Part shown: positions 27,369 through 38,841 of the stretch, in pieces
How positions within the stretch are numbered: the first letter of the stretch is position 1
Layout: the number at the start of each line of letters is the position of its first letter
Origin: Negativicutes bacterium
GTDB lineage: Bacteria; Bacillota; Negativicutes; UBA1444
Length of the DNA: 64,000 nt
Reading direction: 5' to 3'
Assembly: GCA_963665275.2 (NCBI GenBank)
Contig: CAXXIN010000018.1
Span: 96,001-160,000 of the forward strand
Position numbers and translations under genes: made by a program
The notes under the pieces: model-generated
Seen by the model: the letters and a program-made list of their open reading frames with translations, nothing else
The model's database searches: none
Told to the model about the DNA's origin: nothing

Positions 27369-29765
27369 GATATGTGACTGCTTTTGCCGCCGGTATTTGG
27401 GCGATGGGCGATGCCGATCCGTCTTGGGCATATATGCTGGGGTTGGCGGGGTGCCTTCTACTGGCTTTAACCTACGGATTTGACCGACAACACAGCAGAC
27501 CGCACTGTCTTTGGTTATCAGCCGCGCTGGTTTTTTTGTGGTTTTTGGCAGGGATGATGAGAATGGGAGCGGTTGGAGCGCCTACTCCTGGTGGTGTACG
27601 TGATTATGAAGGTCAAGAAATTACGATTCATGGAACGATAAGTGGGGTTCCGAAGGTGTCAGCCGGTGCAGCTGGGGAATGGCATGTCCGTTATGAAATC
27701 GTTCTTGACAGCGTAACGGAAGTAGGAAATAAGCGGTTGCCGAGCAGGCTTGCCGGCGGCGTCCTGTTGAGTGTGCGGCAGTATGGCCCCCAGCCTGAAG
27801 GAGAAGAAGGCGATTCCATCAGCGCATCTGGAACCGTTCGATTGTTTCATTCCTATCATAATCCGGGGCAACCGGACTGGGCTGCTGCCTTGGCAACACG
27901 GGGCATCGACGCCCGAATTTCCGCAGTACCGGGAACGGTTCGCATTGTTCGGCGCGAGGGACAAGAAACCTTCTTGAGTACATTGGCACGTTGGCGCAGT
28001 CAGGTTCGGGCGGCTTTGATGCAGGCAATGCCTGATAAGGATGCCGCTTTGATCATGGGAATGTTGTTTGGTGGCTATGATGGCATCGACCGTGAGACGG
28101 TTCGTGATTTTGCGACGACAGGTATTGTGCATATCTTGTCAGTTTCAGGCGCCCATATCGCGCTGGTGGCAGGAGCAATTTTCTGGCTGAGCCGGCGGTT
28201 GGCAGTTCCGGACAACTGGGCGGCTGGACTGGCGGCAACTGCAATGGTAGGATACGGGTTTATTAGTGGATTTTCGGCGCCGGTGGTCCGCTCCGTTATC
28301 ATGGGACTGATCGGCATGGCAGCAATCGGTTCAGGACGCCTGGCCTCAGCACCCAGAGCATTATTGCTGGCAACTCTCGGAATGCTGATCTATGAGCCGC
28401 GAAACTTATTTGACATCAGCTTTCAACTGTCCATTGGCTGTACTGCTGGTCTATTGTTCCTACACCCACGGCTGTCAACATGGCTGCGCAGCTGTTTACC
28501 GAGCGGGGCCGGGCGGTGGGTTGTGGAGGGCGTTGCAGCCACGTTGGCGGCACAGTTGGCTGTGATTCCCTTCCTGTCCTGGTATTTCGGCTCTTTTCCC
28601 ATCATTTCGCTGTGCGCCAACCTATTGGTGGTGCCGATCCTTGAGGCTGTAATCCTATTCGGGCTGTTGGGCATATTAATGGCAGGAGCTTTTGCTCCGA
28701 TGGCTCACGCGGTTTTCATCGTGATAAGCCTGCTTACGGGGCTAGCGGTCGAGATCAATCGGCTTTTGGCGCGGATTCCAGGGGGTTCAATGACTCTGCC
28801 GGCCATGGGAATTGGTGCAGGTTGCCTTTACTATGGATTGCTCCTTGGATGTGCATGTTATGATAAACAATGGCTGTATAGGCGGTTACGGCAGGTTGCG
28901 GTGATTTTGGTGTTTGCAGCTGGAATAGCTGTTTGGGGAGTGACTCGTCCCAGCCCGCTTCAGGTTCATTTCATCGATGTTGGGCAGGGAGATGCGACGC
29001 TCGTTATCACTCCACATGGCCAGACGATCCTTGTCGATACGGGTGGCGCAATGGGACCGCAAAACGGATTTGATATTGGAGAGAGGGTAGTAGTGCCCTA
29101 TCTTCGACATTATGGCGTGAAATCAATCGATTGGCTGATTTTGACTCATAATCATCAAGATCATGCGGGCGGGGCTGCTGCCATAGCAGAAATTCTGGGT
29201 GTGCGTCAGGTTCTGCTGCGGTTGGGGGAATCGCCCCCTCCCTCAGCTATTCTGCGCCTGCAACAGGTGATGCATGGCAGAGGGATGCGGGAAGCCGCTG
29301 AAGTCAGCGAAATCAAAGTGGATGGGGTAAAAATAAATTTGTTTCAAGTGGACTCTGACGATCCTGATAGGGATGCGAAAGGAAAGAAAGGAAGCAGTTC
29401 GACGGAAAATGGACGGTCCAATGTGCCTCGTATCGAATATGGCCGTCACAGCTTTTTACTGACAGGAGATTTGGAGGGCGAGAGCGAAAAGAAACTATGT
29501 GAAAAAACTATGCCTCCCTCAACAGTATTGAAGGTGGGCCATCATGGCGCACGCAAATCCACCCAGTCGGAATTTCTGGCCCGGATTACGCCCGAGTACG
29601 CTGTAATTTCCGTGGGCGCCGATAATCATTTTGGGCATCCCACGGCAGAGACCTTGCATCGCTTGCAAGAGTGGCCGGTTACCCTTTATCGAACTGACCG
29701 TGATGGAGCTGTGGTGTTTCACAGCGACGGAGAAAACGCTGACGGTGGAGAAAACCGTTCATTAA
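27362..29765 (+). CDS. comEC: DNA uptake channel ComEC; native stop reached only with a +1 frame correction near 29733
   Basis: TGIVHILSVSGAH, SFQLS, DVGQGD, THNHQDH, KVGHHG, RTDRDGAV; +1 frame ends TLTVEKTVH-TAA-TAA. Confidence 0.88.
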
Positions 29766-29779
29766 TAAGGCGGGGAGAA

Positions 29780-30751
29780 ATGGAACTGCATAAAAAAATG
29801 CCACGAGGACGCTTTGCACCGAGTCCCTCGGGTCGGATGCATTTGGGCAATGCATGGACGGCCCTCTTGGCATGGCTGGATATACGCCAAAAAGGTGGTA
29901 CGATGGTGCTGCGAATCGAAGATCTTGATCCTGGCCGGAGCCGTCAGGAATATTCGGACGGATTACTGGACGATTTGCGCTGGTTGGGACTTGACTGGGA
30001 TGAGGGGCCGGATGTTGGGGGAGATTGCGCACCATATAACCAAAGTGAGCGTACTGCTTTGTATCAGGACGCTTTTGATAAATTAACACAGGCGGGTCTG
30101 GTGTACCCCTGCTCCTGCTCGCGTTCGGAGCTCCGATCCGTGGCGTTGGCGCCGCATGCTGGCGATACAGAGGTTCCTTATTCCGGCCGTTGTCGAAACC
30201 TGAACCGGACGGCCTTGTCGGAATTACAGATGTCAGGACGTCGCCCGGCATTTCGACTGAAAGTTAATGAGGAAAAAATTGGATTTGTCGATGAGGTATA
30301 CGGGCCTCAATATCAGGAACTGTCCCAAACCTGCGGCGATTTTGCCATTCGGCGTTCGGATGGGGTTTTCGCCTATCAGCTTGCAGTTATTGTTGATGAT
30401 GCGACGATGGGTATAAGTCGGGTCTTACGGGGAGCAGATTTGCTCGAGTCCACGCCTCGTCAGATATATCTCGGGCGTTTGCTGGGATATCCGGTTCCAT
30501 CCTTTCTGCATGTACCTCTGCTGGTCGGGAGTGGAGGCGAAAGGTTGTCAAAACGACATGGGGCGTTGTCCATTGCAGCTCTTCGAAGTGCTGGCGTCCG
30601 TCCGGAGAGGATCGTCGGGCAACTGGCGTCGTGGGCCGGGTTGGTGAAAAAAGTAGAATCGATGAAGGCTAAAGAATTAATCGACGGATTCGAACGCTCT
30701 CGTTTGCCTCGGGATCCGGTAACGGTTCCGGATACAATGCAGTTTATATGA
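29780..30751 (+). CDS. gluQ: tRNA glutamyl-Q(34) synthetase (GluQ-RS)
   Basis: GRFAPSPSGRMHLGN, RIEDLD, YPCSCSR, RGADLL, RLSKR; no anticodon-binding domain; own GGGGAG RBS. Confidence 0.88.
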   Translation: MELHKKMPRGRFAPSPSGRMHLGNAWTALLAWLDIRQKGGTMVLRIEDLDPGRSRQEYSDGLLDDLRWLGLDWDEGPDVGGDCAPYNQSERTALYQDAFDKLTQAGLVYPCSCSRSELRSVALAPHAGDTEVPYSGRCRNLNRTALSELQMSGRRPAFRLKVNEEKIGFVDEVYGPQYQELSQTCGDFAIRRSDGVFAYQLAVIVDDATMGISRVLRGADLLESTPRQIYLGRLLGYPVPSFLHVPLLVGSGGERLSKRHGALSIAALRSAGVRPERIVGQLASWAGLVKKVESMKAKELIDGFERSRLPRDPVTVPDTMQFI

Positions 30752-30790
30752 GATGGCTTTTGAAAATGACAGGAATGAGGGTAGGAATGA

Positions 30791-31867
30791 ATGGCAAAAG
30801 CGACCAATAAAGAAGTGAGGGTGTATCTGTTTTATGGCGAGGAAGGACTTTTGGTCCGTCAACTTGCAGAAAAAGTAATTGCCGCAGCGCTAACGCCGGC
30901 AGATCGGGAATTCAATCTGGTTGCCATGGAGGCCGACCCTTCAATTCCGGAGTTGCTGCATTTGGTTGAAAGTGCACCATTTTTCGGTGATCATAAAGTT
31001 GTCATCATCAGAAACTCCAAGTTGTTTCAGACCTCACGACGCAAGCTGGTTGCCGCAGAGGACACGGATGATGAAGAGAGCGGGGAGGGTGGCGATTCGG
31101 AAAAAGAAGCTGCGGATTCGGCCGATCCACGCCTATTGAAGCTTTTGGCGAATATGCCACCTTATACAACGTTGGTTTTTACGGCTGCCAAGGCGGATAA
31201 GCGGCGCAAAATTTTGAAAGTAGTGGCCGAAAACGGACAAGTTCGGGAATTGAATCCGTTTCGTCCGATGGAAGAACGGGAAATTCGAAACTGGGTGGAA
31301 GACCGCCTCGCGGAACTGGGCAAGCGGATCAGCCGAGATGCGATGGATTACCTCATGTCAGTTGTTCTCACTATGAATCAGATTTCCAGAGGCTTCCTAT
31401 CGTCTGAAATTGAAAAAGCCGCATTGTTTGCCGGGGATGATCCTGTTATCAGTAAAAAAGCGTTGGAAGAAGTGATGGCGTCGGTGCCTGAGGTATCTGC
31501 TTTCGCCATGACGGATGCTCTGGCTCGCCGCAATGTTGCGCAGGCCTTGACGAGGTTGGAAGAGCTGTTCGTCAGTAAGGAGCCGCCGCTGAAAATCATT
31601 GGACTGCTTGCCTATAACGTCCGTCGGTGGTGGCAGGTGCGCCAGGTAATCGACCGCCGGGGAACCGAAGCGGAAATGGCAGCAGCACTCGGGACGAAAG
31701 GAGGCAGCCCCGGAATGGTTAGCCGCGTGATCAGTCAAAGCCGTGCCTTTAGAGATGCAGCGCTGAAACAGGCATTGCTGACGTTGGCTGACGCTAACGT
31801 AGCCAGTCGGTCGGGTGGTGATGCGAAACCCTATTTGGAGCGGGTGCTCATTGAACTATGCCAATAG
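30791..31867 (+). CDS. holA: DNA polymerase III delta subunit
   Basis: VYLFYGEE, APFFG, DKRRK, SEIEK; lies between comEC and rpsT. Confidence 0.88.
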   Translation: MAKATNKEVRVYLFYGEEGLLVRQLAEKVIAAALTPADREFNLVAMEADPSIPELLHLVESAPFFGDHKVVIIRNSKLFQTSRRKLVAAEDTDDEESGEGGDSEKEAADSADPRLLKLLANMPPYTTLVFTAAKADKRRKILKVVAENGQVRELNPFRPMEEREIRNWVEDRLAELGKRISRDAMDYLMSVVLTMNQISRGFLSSEIEKAALFAGDDPVISKKALEEVMASVPEVSAFAMTDALARRNVAQALTRLEELFVSKEPPLKIIGLLAYNVRRWWQVRQVIDRRGTEAEMAAALGTKGGSPGMVSRVISQSRAFRDAALKQALLTLADANVASRSGGDAKPYLERVLIELCQ

Positions 31868-31912
31868 TTATTTGCGATGAATAGTAAGGGGCACTTTGCT
31901 GGCGGACAACAA

Positions 31913-31944
31913 GAAGCCCCCTGTCCGATCGGACAGGGGGCTTC
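31913..31944. terminator. Perfect 32-bp palindrome between convergent holA and rpsT
   Basis: GAAGCCCCCTGTCCGA|TCGGACAGGGGGCTTC. Confidence 0.75.
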
Positions 31945-31966
31945 GACATGATCAAATAAACGACGC

Positions 31967-32233
31967 TTATTTCGCAGCGGCGTTAACTTTTTTTGCCAGA
32001 CGCGATTTTTTGCGCGCTGCTGCATTTTTATGGAGTATGCCTTTGGACGCTGCCTTATCGATCGTGCTTGCCGCTTTGGCAAGCAAAGTTGTGGCATCTT
32101 CGACTTTGCCGGCCGCCGCAGTTTCCACTGTCTTACGGACAGCAGTTTTCACGGAAGACTTAACAGCAAAATTCTTAGCGCGTAGTTCAGCATCAGTTTT
32201 TACGCTTCGGATGGAAGATTTGATTTGTGGCAA
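31967..32233 (-). CDS. rpsT: 30S ribosomal protein S20
   Basis: PQIKSS, IDKAASKGILHKNAAARKKSRL; TTG start after GGAGG. Confidence 0.95.
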   Translation of the reverse strand: MPQIKSSIRSVKTDAELRAKNFAVKSSVKTAVRKTVETAAAGKVEDATTLLAKAASTIDKAASKGILHKNAAARKKSRLAKKVNAAAK

Positions 32234-32464
32234 GGGATTCACCTCCTTGTGCAAAGGTTACACAGGCTACGGTGAAAATTTTAGCACGCTGGCGTGGAAA
32301 ATGCAAGAGCTTCCGGGCTTTCTTTCCTTGAAAATTAGAAAATGCCCATTAATCAAGCGACGGAGGCGGGTATGGACGTTGGCTTGTTTGCCCAGGGCTT
32401 GACCGGCGGGCCAAAGTCAATATAATTAATAAGGAATAGAGTGCAAAAAAAAAGGAGCCACGAT

Positions 32465-34261
32465 TTGAAGACTTCGCATATACGCAATTTCTCCATTATC
32501 GCTCATATAGATCATGGGAAATCGACACTGGCTGACCGCCTGATCGAACTGACCGGTACGGTGACCGCCCGCCAGATGGAAAACCAACTGCTGGACCAGA
32601 TGGATCTGGAACGGGAGCGCGGCATTACCATCAAGGCTCAGGCCGTGCGGCTTGATTATGTGGCGCAAGATGGCGAAACATACATGCTGAACCTCATCGA
32701 TACCCCGGGGCATGTCGACTTTTCCTATGAAGTTTCCCGTAGCCTCGCCGCCTGTGAGGGGGCGTTGCTGGTCGTGGACGCAGCGCAGGGAATCGAGGCT
32801 CAGACGCTGGCCAATGTTTATCTGGCATTGGATCATAATATTGAGATTGTGCCTGTCATCAACAAGATAGATTTGCCAAGTGCCGATGTTGAAAAGGTCA
32901 TTCGTGAAATTGAAGAAGTAATCGGTATCGATGCACATAATGCGATTCTGGTCAGTGCAAAATCTGGCTTGGGCGTTCCGGACGTTCTGGAAGCGATTGT
33001 GAAGCGCATACCTGCGCCGACTACCGATGAAAGCGCTCCGACGAGAGCACTCATCTTTGATTCCCATTTTGATTCCTATCGTGGCGTCATTTCTTATGTT
33101 CGTGTAATGGACGGAACGATTGCCAGTGGCATGAAAGCACAGATGATGCATAGCGGACGCAGTTTCGAGGTATCAGAAGTCGGCGTTTTTCGACCGTCTC
33201 TCACTCCCATGCCTGAATTGGGACCCGGTCAGGTCGGTTATGTGATTGCCGGAATCAAGAATCTGAAGGAAGTTCGGGTGGGGGATACCATCACGGATGC
33301 AGCGCGGCCTGCCAAAGAGCCTTTGCCGGGGTATCGCAAAGTGACGCCGATGGTTTATTGCGGCATGTATCCGGTTGAAACCAGTGAGTTCGATAATTTG
33401 CGCGAAGCGCTCGAAAAACTACAAATGAACGATGCGTCCCTGACCTTTGAAGCCGAGACGTCAGCTGCGCTGGGTTTCGGGTTCCGCTGCGGATTTTTGG
33501 GACTGCTGCATATGGATGTTGTGCAGGAACGCTTGGAGCGCGAGTACCAGATGTCCCTCGTTATTACAGCGCCCAACGTTATCTATCAGGTCCGCAAGAC
33601 GGACGGAGAGGTCCTGTTGATCGCCAATCCTTCCAAAATGCCGGTTCCACAGGTCATTGAAGCGATCGGCGAGCCCTATGTGAAGGCGACCGTCATTGTG
33701 CCCAATGATTTTGTTGGCGCCATTATGGAACTTTCCCAGGAGAAACGCGGTGAATTCAAGGACATGAAATATATGGACACGACACGGGTCATGCTGACCT
33801 ATCATTTGCCATTGTCGGAAATCATTTATGATTATTTTGACAAACTGAAATCCGTCAGCCGTGGCTATGCATCCCTGGACTATGAGTTGGAAGGCTATCA
33901 GGAGTCTGACTTGGTCAAGATGGATATTTTGCTGAACGAGGAGCCGGTCGATGCGTTGTCGATCATCGTGCATCGGGATAAATCAGTATTCAGGGGACGG
34001 CAGTTGGTGGAAAAACTGCGGAGCCTCATACCTCGTCAAATGTTTGCGATTCCGATTCAGGCTGCTATCGGCAACAAAGTCATTGCACGGGAGACAATCA
34101 GCGCCATGCGCAAGGATGTGCTGGCCAAATGCTATGGGGGTGACATAACCCGCAAACGCAAACTTCTGGAAAAACAAAAAGCAGGTAAAAAACGCATGAA
34201 ACAGGTTGGCAGCGTTGAATTGCCCCAGGAAGCATTCATGGCTGTTTTGAAGCGAGATTGA
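32465..34261 (+). CDS. lepA: Translation elongation factor 4
   Basis: [37 protein letters not shown]; TTG start after AGGAG (ORF track starts 32441). Confidence 0.97.
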   Translation: MKTSHIRNFSIIAHIDHGKSTLADRLIELTGTVTARQMENQLLDQMDLERERGITIKAQAVRLDYVAQDGETYMLNLIDTPGHVDFSYEVSRSLAACEGALLVVDAAQGIEAQTLANVYLALDHNIEIVPVINKIDLPSADVEKVIREIEEVIGIDAHNAILVSAKSGLGVPDVLEAIVKRIPAPTTDESAPTRALIFDSHFDSYRGVISYVRVMDGTIASGMKAQMMHSGRSFEVSEVGVFRPSLTPMPELGPGQVGYVIAGIKNLKEVRVGDTITDAARPAKEPLPGYRKVTPMVYCGMYPVETSEFDNLREALEKLQMNDASLTFEAETSAALGFGFRCGFLGLLHMDVVQERLEREYQMSLVITAPNVIYQVRKTDGEVLLIANPSKMPVPQVIEAIGEPYVKATVIVPNDFVGAIMELSQEKRGEFKDMKYMDTTRVMLTYHLPLSEIIYDYFDKLKSVSRGYASLDYELEGYQESDLVKMDILLNEEPVDALSIIVHRDKSVFRGRQLVEKLRSLIPRQMFAIPIQAAIGNKVIARETISAMRKDVLAKCYGGDITRKRKLLEKQKAGKKRMKQVGSVELPQEAFMAVLKRD

Positions 34262-35406
34262 CAAAGGTGCTTGCAAACTCTCTTGGAATTTATGTCCATA
34301 TTCCATTCTGCCTTGCAAAATGCAGCTATTGTGCATTTGTATCTGCAGTGTGCGACAGGTCTTTGCAGCAGTCCTACGTCGCCGCTCTCTGTGGGGAAAT
34401 TACCGCAGCGGGCGGCGATTTCTCTGTGCCAGTCGATACGGTTTTCTTTGGCGGCGGCACGCCGACAGTTTTGGAGACCACGGCGTTAAGCGCGATTCTG
34501 CAAGTCCTGCGTGCTGCTTTTCCGGTGGCTGCGAATGCAGAAATCAGCTTGGAGGCTAATCCAGGCACAGTAGATCGGAACTCGCTGCAGCTTTTACGGC
34601 AGTCAGGATTCAATCGACTGAGTTTGGGCATGCAGAGTTTTGACGATGCGGTGCTGGCTGGCATTGGGCGGATTCACCGGGCGGAAGACGCAGAAAAGGC
34701 TTTTACCGACGCGCGTGCCGCTGGGTTTGAAAATATCAGTCTGGACCTGATGTATGGGTTGCCGCTGCAAAGTGTTTCGGGATGGAAGAAAACACTGGAC
34801 CGGGCTGTGGCGCTTGGGCCAGACCACATATCGGCATACGGGCTGAAACTGGAAGAAGGAACTCCGTTGGAATCTGCTGTGACAAGTGGGCAAGTTGCAT
34901 TGCCGTCTGAAGAGGACGAAGAGTCTATGTACGATTTGCTCAATGATTTTTTACCTTCCCAGGGCTATGCCCGCTATGAGATTTCCAACTATGCCACTCC
35001 CGGCAGGGAATGCCGGCACAATTTGAAATACTGGAATTACGAGATCTATCGAGGTTTTGGTGTCGCGGCGCATTCGTTTGACGGCGTGGATCGATTTGCG
35101 AATACGGATGATTTATCCAAGTATGTCGAAAGCCTGACAGGCGGCATGTCTTGCGAGGGCTTTCGCGAATCGCTTGATTTGCCTACTGCAATGGCAGAGT
35201 ACGTCTTTTTATCACTTCGAACTTCCAGGGGCTTGAGCGGTACCAACTTTTCGCGGCGGTTTGGGCGAGAATTTGTCGAATACTATGAGGAACCCATTGC
35301 CCGATTGGTGAGACTTGGATTGCTGATGCAGGAAACAGATTCCTGGCGTTTGACCGAACGGGGGATGAAATTGGGTAATCAGGCGTTCGCGGAATTTTTG
35401 CCGTAA
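34258..35406 (+). CDS. hemW: Radical SAM heme chaperone HemW
   Basis: [33 protein letters not shown]. Confidence 0.92.
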   Translation: MTKVLANSLGIYVHIPFCLAKCSYCAFVSAVCDRSLQQSYVAALCGEITAAGGDFSVPVDTVFFGGGTPTVLETTALSAILQVLRAAFPVAANAEISLEANPGTVDRNSLQLLRQSGFNRLSLGMQSFDDAVLAGIGRIHRAEDAEKAFTDARAAGFENISLDLMYGLPLQSVSGWKKTLDRAVALGPDHISAYGLKLEEGTPLESAVTSGQVALPSEEDEESMYDLLNDFLPSQGYARYEISNYATPGRECRHNLKYWNYEIYRGFGVAAHSFDGVDRFANTDDLSKYVESLTGGMSCEGFRESLDLPTAMAEYVFLSLRTSRGLSGTNFSRRFGREFVEYYEEPIARLVRLGLLMQETDSWRLTERGMKLGNQAFAEFLP

Positions 35407-35441
35407 AGGCGGAAAACGTAGCGTGGAGCAGGGGCGAAGGC

Positions 35442-35470
35442 TTGACAGGGAAGTCTTTGCATGGTATGTT
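35442..35470 (+). promoter_or_regulatory. SigA promoter of hrcA-dnaK operon
   Basis: TTGACA - 17 bp - TATGTT just upstream of CIRCE. Confidence 0.7.
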
Positions 35471-35480
35471 TGTGTATATG

Positions 35481-35507
35481 TTAGCACTCTTCTTCATAGA
35501 GTGCTAA
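35481..35507. promoter_or_regulatory. CIRCE element (HrcA operator)
   Basis: Perfect TTAGCACTC-N9-GAGTGCTAA. Confidence 0.97.
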
Positions 35508-35513
35508 CAAGAG

Positions 35514-36554
35514 GTGAAAGTTATGTTGGATGAACGAAAACGACAAGTTCTACAGGCTATAATCGATGATTATATTTCCACTGCGGAACCGATTGGATCG
35601 CGAACGATCGCGCGAAAATGCGGCCTCGGCGTCAGTCCGGCCACGATCCGCAATGAGATGTCCGATTTGGAGGCCCTCGGTTTTTTGGAGCAGCCCCATG
35701 CCTCGGCTGGGCGCATACCGTCCGCAAAGGGGTATCGTTTTTATGTCGATTGCCTGATGGGACCGCAGCAGGTTTCCGACCGTGACACGGTGCTGATCAA
35801 CCAATGGTTCGAACAGAAAGTGCGGCGGCTGGACGAAGCGTTTCAGGAAACAGTCAGGGTTCTTTCGCGGGTGACACGAAATGTTTCGTTGCTGTTGGCG
35901 CCGCAGGCATCGGCCTGTAAATTTAAATACCTGCAATTTTTGCCCTTTGATGCCACGCGGGTAGTGGTTGTTGTCGTTACCGATACTGGCGTGATGGAAA
36001 ATCGGCTGATGGAAATTCCAGAAGGAACTTCCGCCGAGGAACTGCAGCGGATCGCCGGAGCTATGAACCATCGGCTTGGTGGGCTTTCGTTACAGGAAAT
36101 CCAGTCATCTCTGCTGGAAAAGATCAAGGATGATGTGCTGCCCCGGCCGGAATTGCTGGAAAGTGCGATGTCTTTGATCCGGGAAGCAACAAGTGGAACT
36201 CCCGGCGGGGAAAAAGTATATCTGGGCGGAGCGACGCAGCTGCTCAACCAACCGGAGTTCCGTGATGTTGAAAAAGTGCGGCACTTGCTGTCCATGTTGG
36301 AAGAAGACCGATTACTTTATGATATTCTTCATACGCAGGACGGCAATGGCACCATCGTGACAATAGGCAAAGAAAACAAATACTCCGGCATTCAGGATTG
36401 CAGCGTCATTCAGGCCTCGTTCCGTATTGACGGGCAAACAGTGGGAACACTGGCAGTTCTCGGGCCTACCCGAATGGAGTACGCCCGTACGATGGCAGCT
36501 ATCGAATTCATGCAAAAACACATGGAGCAAATCCTGAAAAAATATCAACGATAA
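35514..36554 (+). CDS. hrcA: Heat-inducible transcription repressor HrcA
   Basis: SPATIRNEMSDLE, PHASAGRIPS, GPTRMEY. Confidence 0.97.
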   Translation: MKVMLDERKRQVLQAIIDDYISTAEPIGSRTIARKCGLGVSPATIRNEMSDLEALGFLEQPHASAGRIPSAKGYRFYVDCLMGPQQVSDRDTVLINQWFEQKVRRLDEAFQETVRVLSRVTRNVSLLLAPQASACKFKYLQFLPFDATRVVVVVVTDTGVMENRLMEIPEGTSAEELQRIAGAMNHRLGGLSLQEIQSSLLEKIKDDVLPRPELLESAMSLIREATSGTPGGEKVYLGGATQLLNQPEFRDVEKVRHLLSMLEEDRLLYDILHTQDGNGTIVTIGKENKYSGIQDCSVIQASFRIDGQTVGTLAVLGPTRMEYARTMAAIEFMQKHMEQILKKYQR

Positions 36555-36570
36555 GTACGGAGGAGTCAAG

Positions 36571-38157
36571 ATGAATTTCAAGCAAGGCGGCGGCAGCGAA
36601 GTAGATGAGAGTCTGGCCGCGTTGATGACAAATGCGCAAGCGGTGCGGGCAATCGCGGCGGCGGTGCAGGGCACGATAGGACCCAAAGGCCTAGACACCA
36701 TGCTGGTCGATCGCTTCGGTGAAGTAATCATCACCAATGATGGAGTGACGATTCTGGACAAAATGGATGTCAATCATCCAGCTGCCAAAATGGTGATCAA
36801 TATTGCAAAAGCCCAACAACACGAAGTAGGCGACGGAACCACGACCGCCACCATCATGGCGGGAGCGTTGGTAAATGAGGGCGTGGCGCAGGTACTAAAA
36901 GGGGTTCCGGTGGCACGCGTTATCGAGGGAATCCGGCTTGGAATTTCACTGGCGCAGACGGAACTAGGGAAAAGAGCCCGCCATTTTAAAGATCTGAAAG
37001 ACTCCAAACTTACCAATATCGCCATGGTGGCGGGCCGTGACAATGCAGATATCGCAGACCTGGTGGTGCAGGCGGCCCGGCTGATAGGCCGGGAGAAACT
37101 GTTGGAAACGAACTATAAACTTTCTGATATCATCGTTGCCGAGGAGAATGCCCAGAATGAAGTGTTCATGGGCGTTATCGTCGATAAAGAGCGGATGACG
37201 AAAGAGATGCCCGAGCTCGTGGAGCAAGTCTTGGTGATGATCATCGATGATGCACTGGAACCTGAAGAACTTGGGAGCGAGGCGCTGGGAACCGAAGCCG
37301 GCTTCCGGCGTTTCCGGGAATTGCAGGACGAATTCGAAGCAAATGTGCGCAAGATCGTTGAACTCGGCGTAAAGGCAGTGTTGACCGACCGGGGTGTGCA
37401 TGCCAGAGCGGAGGAGATTCTGACCGACGCGCAGATTCTGGTGGTGCAGCGCGTGCCGACCAATGAACTACGCCGCGTGGCGGAACACGTCGGCGCTCGT
37501 ATGATCAAGCGAACCGGGCTGAAGAAAGACCTCGACGAACTTCGGAAGCTCCTTGGATATGCAGAAAAAGTGTACGAGGATGAAAAACTGGAACATGTCA
37601 GGATTATGGGAGGCCGGGGCAAGCCAGCCGCTACGATCCTGGTGGGCGCTGCGACGCAGGAAGTCGTCGGTGAACGACAGCGAATAGCGCGAGACGCAGC
37701 TTCCAGCGTGCAGGCTGCCGTGCGCGGCGGCTATGTGGCCGGCGGCGGGTCAGTCGAAGTGGCGATTGCCCGTGCTATTGAAAAGTCCAGAGGCAGTCTC
37801 AAAGGGATGTCCGCTTATGGACTCGACTGCGTGGTGAACGCATTGAAGCGGCCTTTGGCCCAAATCGTGGAAAATGCCGGCTACAATCCGCTGGAAAAGG
37901 TCGAAAACATTGTAGCTGCGCAGAACGAGAAAAAATCGGACTCACTCGGGATTGATTGTGAGACAGGAGAGATCTGCGACATGGTGAAACTGGGTGTGAT
38001 TGACCCGGCTCCGGTCAAACTGCATGCGTTGAAAGCAGCAGGCGAAGTGGCGACCGCCATTTTACGGATCGATACGATTATCAGGAAAAAAGACGAAGGC
38101 GAACAGGCTGGGCACCCGGTAGGAGGGGACTCCCCTTCAAGTTCACCAGATTTTTGA
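36571..38157 (+). CDS. Thermosome-like (group III) chaperonin
   Basis: GTIGPKGLDTMLVD, ITNDGVTILDKMDVNHPAAK, GDGTTT, ILRIDTII resemble archaeal/TCP-1 chaperonins rather than GroEL; lies between hrcA and grpE. Confidence 0.9.
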   Translation: MNFKQGGGSEVDESLAALMTNAQAVRAIAAAVQGTIGPKGLDTMLVDRFGEVIITNDGVTILDKMDVNHPAAKMVINIAKAQQHEVGDGTTTATIMAGALVNEGVAQVLKGVPVARVIEGIRLGISLAQTELGKRARHFKDLKDSKLTNIAMVAGRDNADIADLVVQAARLIGREKLLETNYKLSDIIVAEENAQNEVFMGVIVDKERMTKEMPELVEQVLVMIIDDALEPEELGSEALGTEAGFRRFRELQDEFEANVRKIVELGVKAVLTDRGVHARAEEILTDAQILVVQRVPTNELRRVAEHVGARMIKRTGLKKDLDELRKLLGYAEKVYEDEKLEHVRIMGGRGKPAATILVGAATQEVVGERQRIARDAASSVQAAVRGGYVAGGGSVEVAIARAIEKSRGSLKGMSAYGLDCVVNALKRPLAQIVENAGYNPLEKVENIVAAQNEKKSDSLGIDCETGEICDMVKLGVIDPAPVKLHALKAAGEVATAILRIDTIIRKKDEGEQAGHPVGGDSPSSSPDF

Positions 38158-38167
38158 ATAAACGATT

Positions 38168-38740
38168 ATGGGAGGAGACAACATGACACACAAGCATAAA
38201 ACTGACCGTAATGAAGACTTGAAGGAGAATCAGCAGTCCGACGCAGAAGCCAAGACGGACTCCACGACAGCACCTGAATCAGAAGTGATGGCGGAAGTGG
38301 TTGTTACCGCCGAATCGGTCAAAACGGAGATGATGGACCGGATTTTGCGGCTGCAGGCGGATTTTGACAATTTTCGGCGTCGAACACGCCAGGAACAGTC
38401 TGAACTTGGGGTATTTGTCACGCAGAATCTGATCAAGGAGTTGCTGCCGGTAGTGGATAATTTCGAAAGAGCGATGACCAGTCGCCCTGCGGAAGATACA
38501 TCCGGATTCGGCGCGGGGATCGAGATGATTCTGCGGCAGCTGAACAGCGTGCTGGAAAAGCAGGGGGTCAGTGTTGTGGAAACTGTTGGCTCCATGTTCG
38601 ATCCGGCAAAGCATGAAGCGATTCTGACGGTAGAAGGCACTGGTCAACCGGAAGGAACGGTTGTGGAAGAACTGCAGAAAGGGTATGCAGTGTCTGGTAA
38701 AGTGATCCGACCCGCACTGGTCAAAGTCGCAGGGAAATAG
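38168..38740 (+). CDS. grpE: Nucleotide exchange factor GrpE
   Basis: RLQADFDNFRRR, FDPAKHEA, KGY...RPALVKV. Confidence 0.95.
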   Translation: MGGDNMTHKHKTDRNEDLKENQQSDAEAKTDSTTAPESEVMAEVVVTAESVKTEMMDRILRLQADFDNFRRRTRQEQSELGVFVTQNLIKELLPVVDNFERAMTSRPAEDTSGFGAGIEMILRQLNSVLEKQGVSVVETVGSMFDPAKHEAILTVEGTGQPEGTVVEELQKGYAVSGKVIRPALVKVAGK

Positions 38741-38841
38741 GGTCGAAAAACCGACAAAATAACAGGGCAAATCAAACAAGAAAATTAAACAAGAAAAGCT
38801 GTGCGGCATGGCCGCACAGCCAGTGAAGGAGGAACTATATT

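Noticed and set aside
27362-30751. A single 1129-aa ComEC-GluQ protein as an evolved fusion gene
   Set aside because: The +1 frame preserves a native-looking ComEC end with a double stop and gluQ has its own RBS; annotated as two genes
32281-32289. TTAGCACGC, resembling a CIRCE half-site, upstream of rpsT and lepA
   Set aside because: No matching right arm at N9; better explained as part of the rpsT extended -10 on the minus strand
32290-32306. Sigma-54-like TGGCGT-N5-ATGCA spacing
   Set aside because: It overlaps the rpsT -35 (TTGCAT on the minus strand), and lepA already has a SigA-like promoter at 32399-32426
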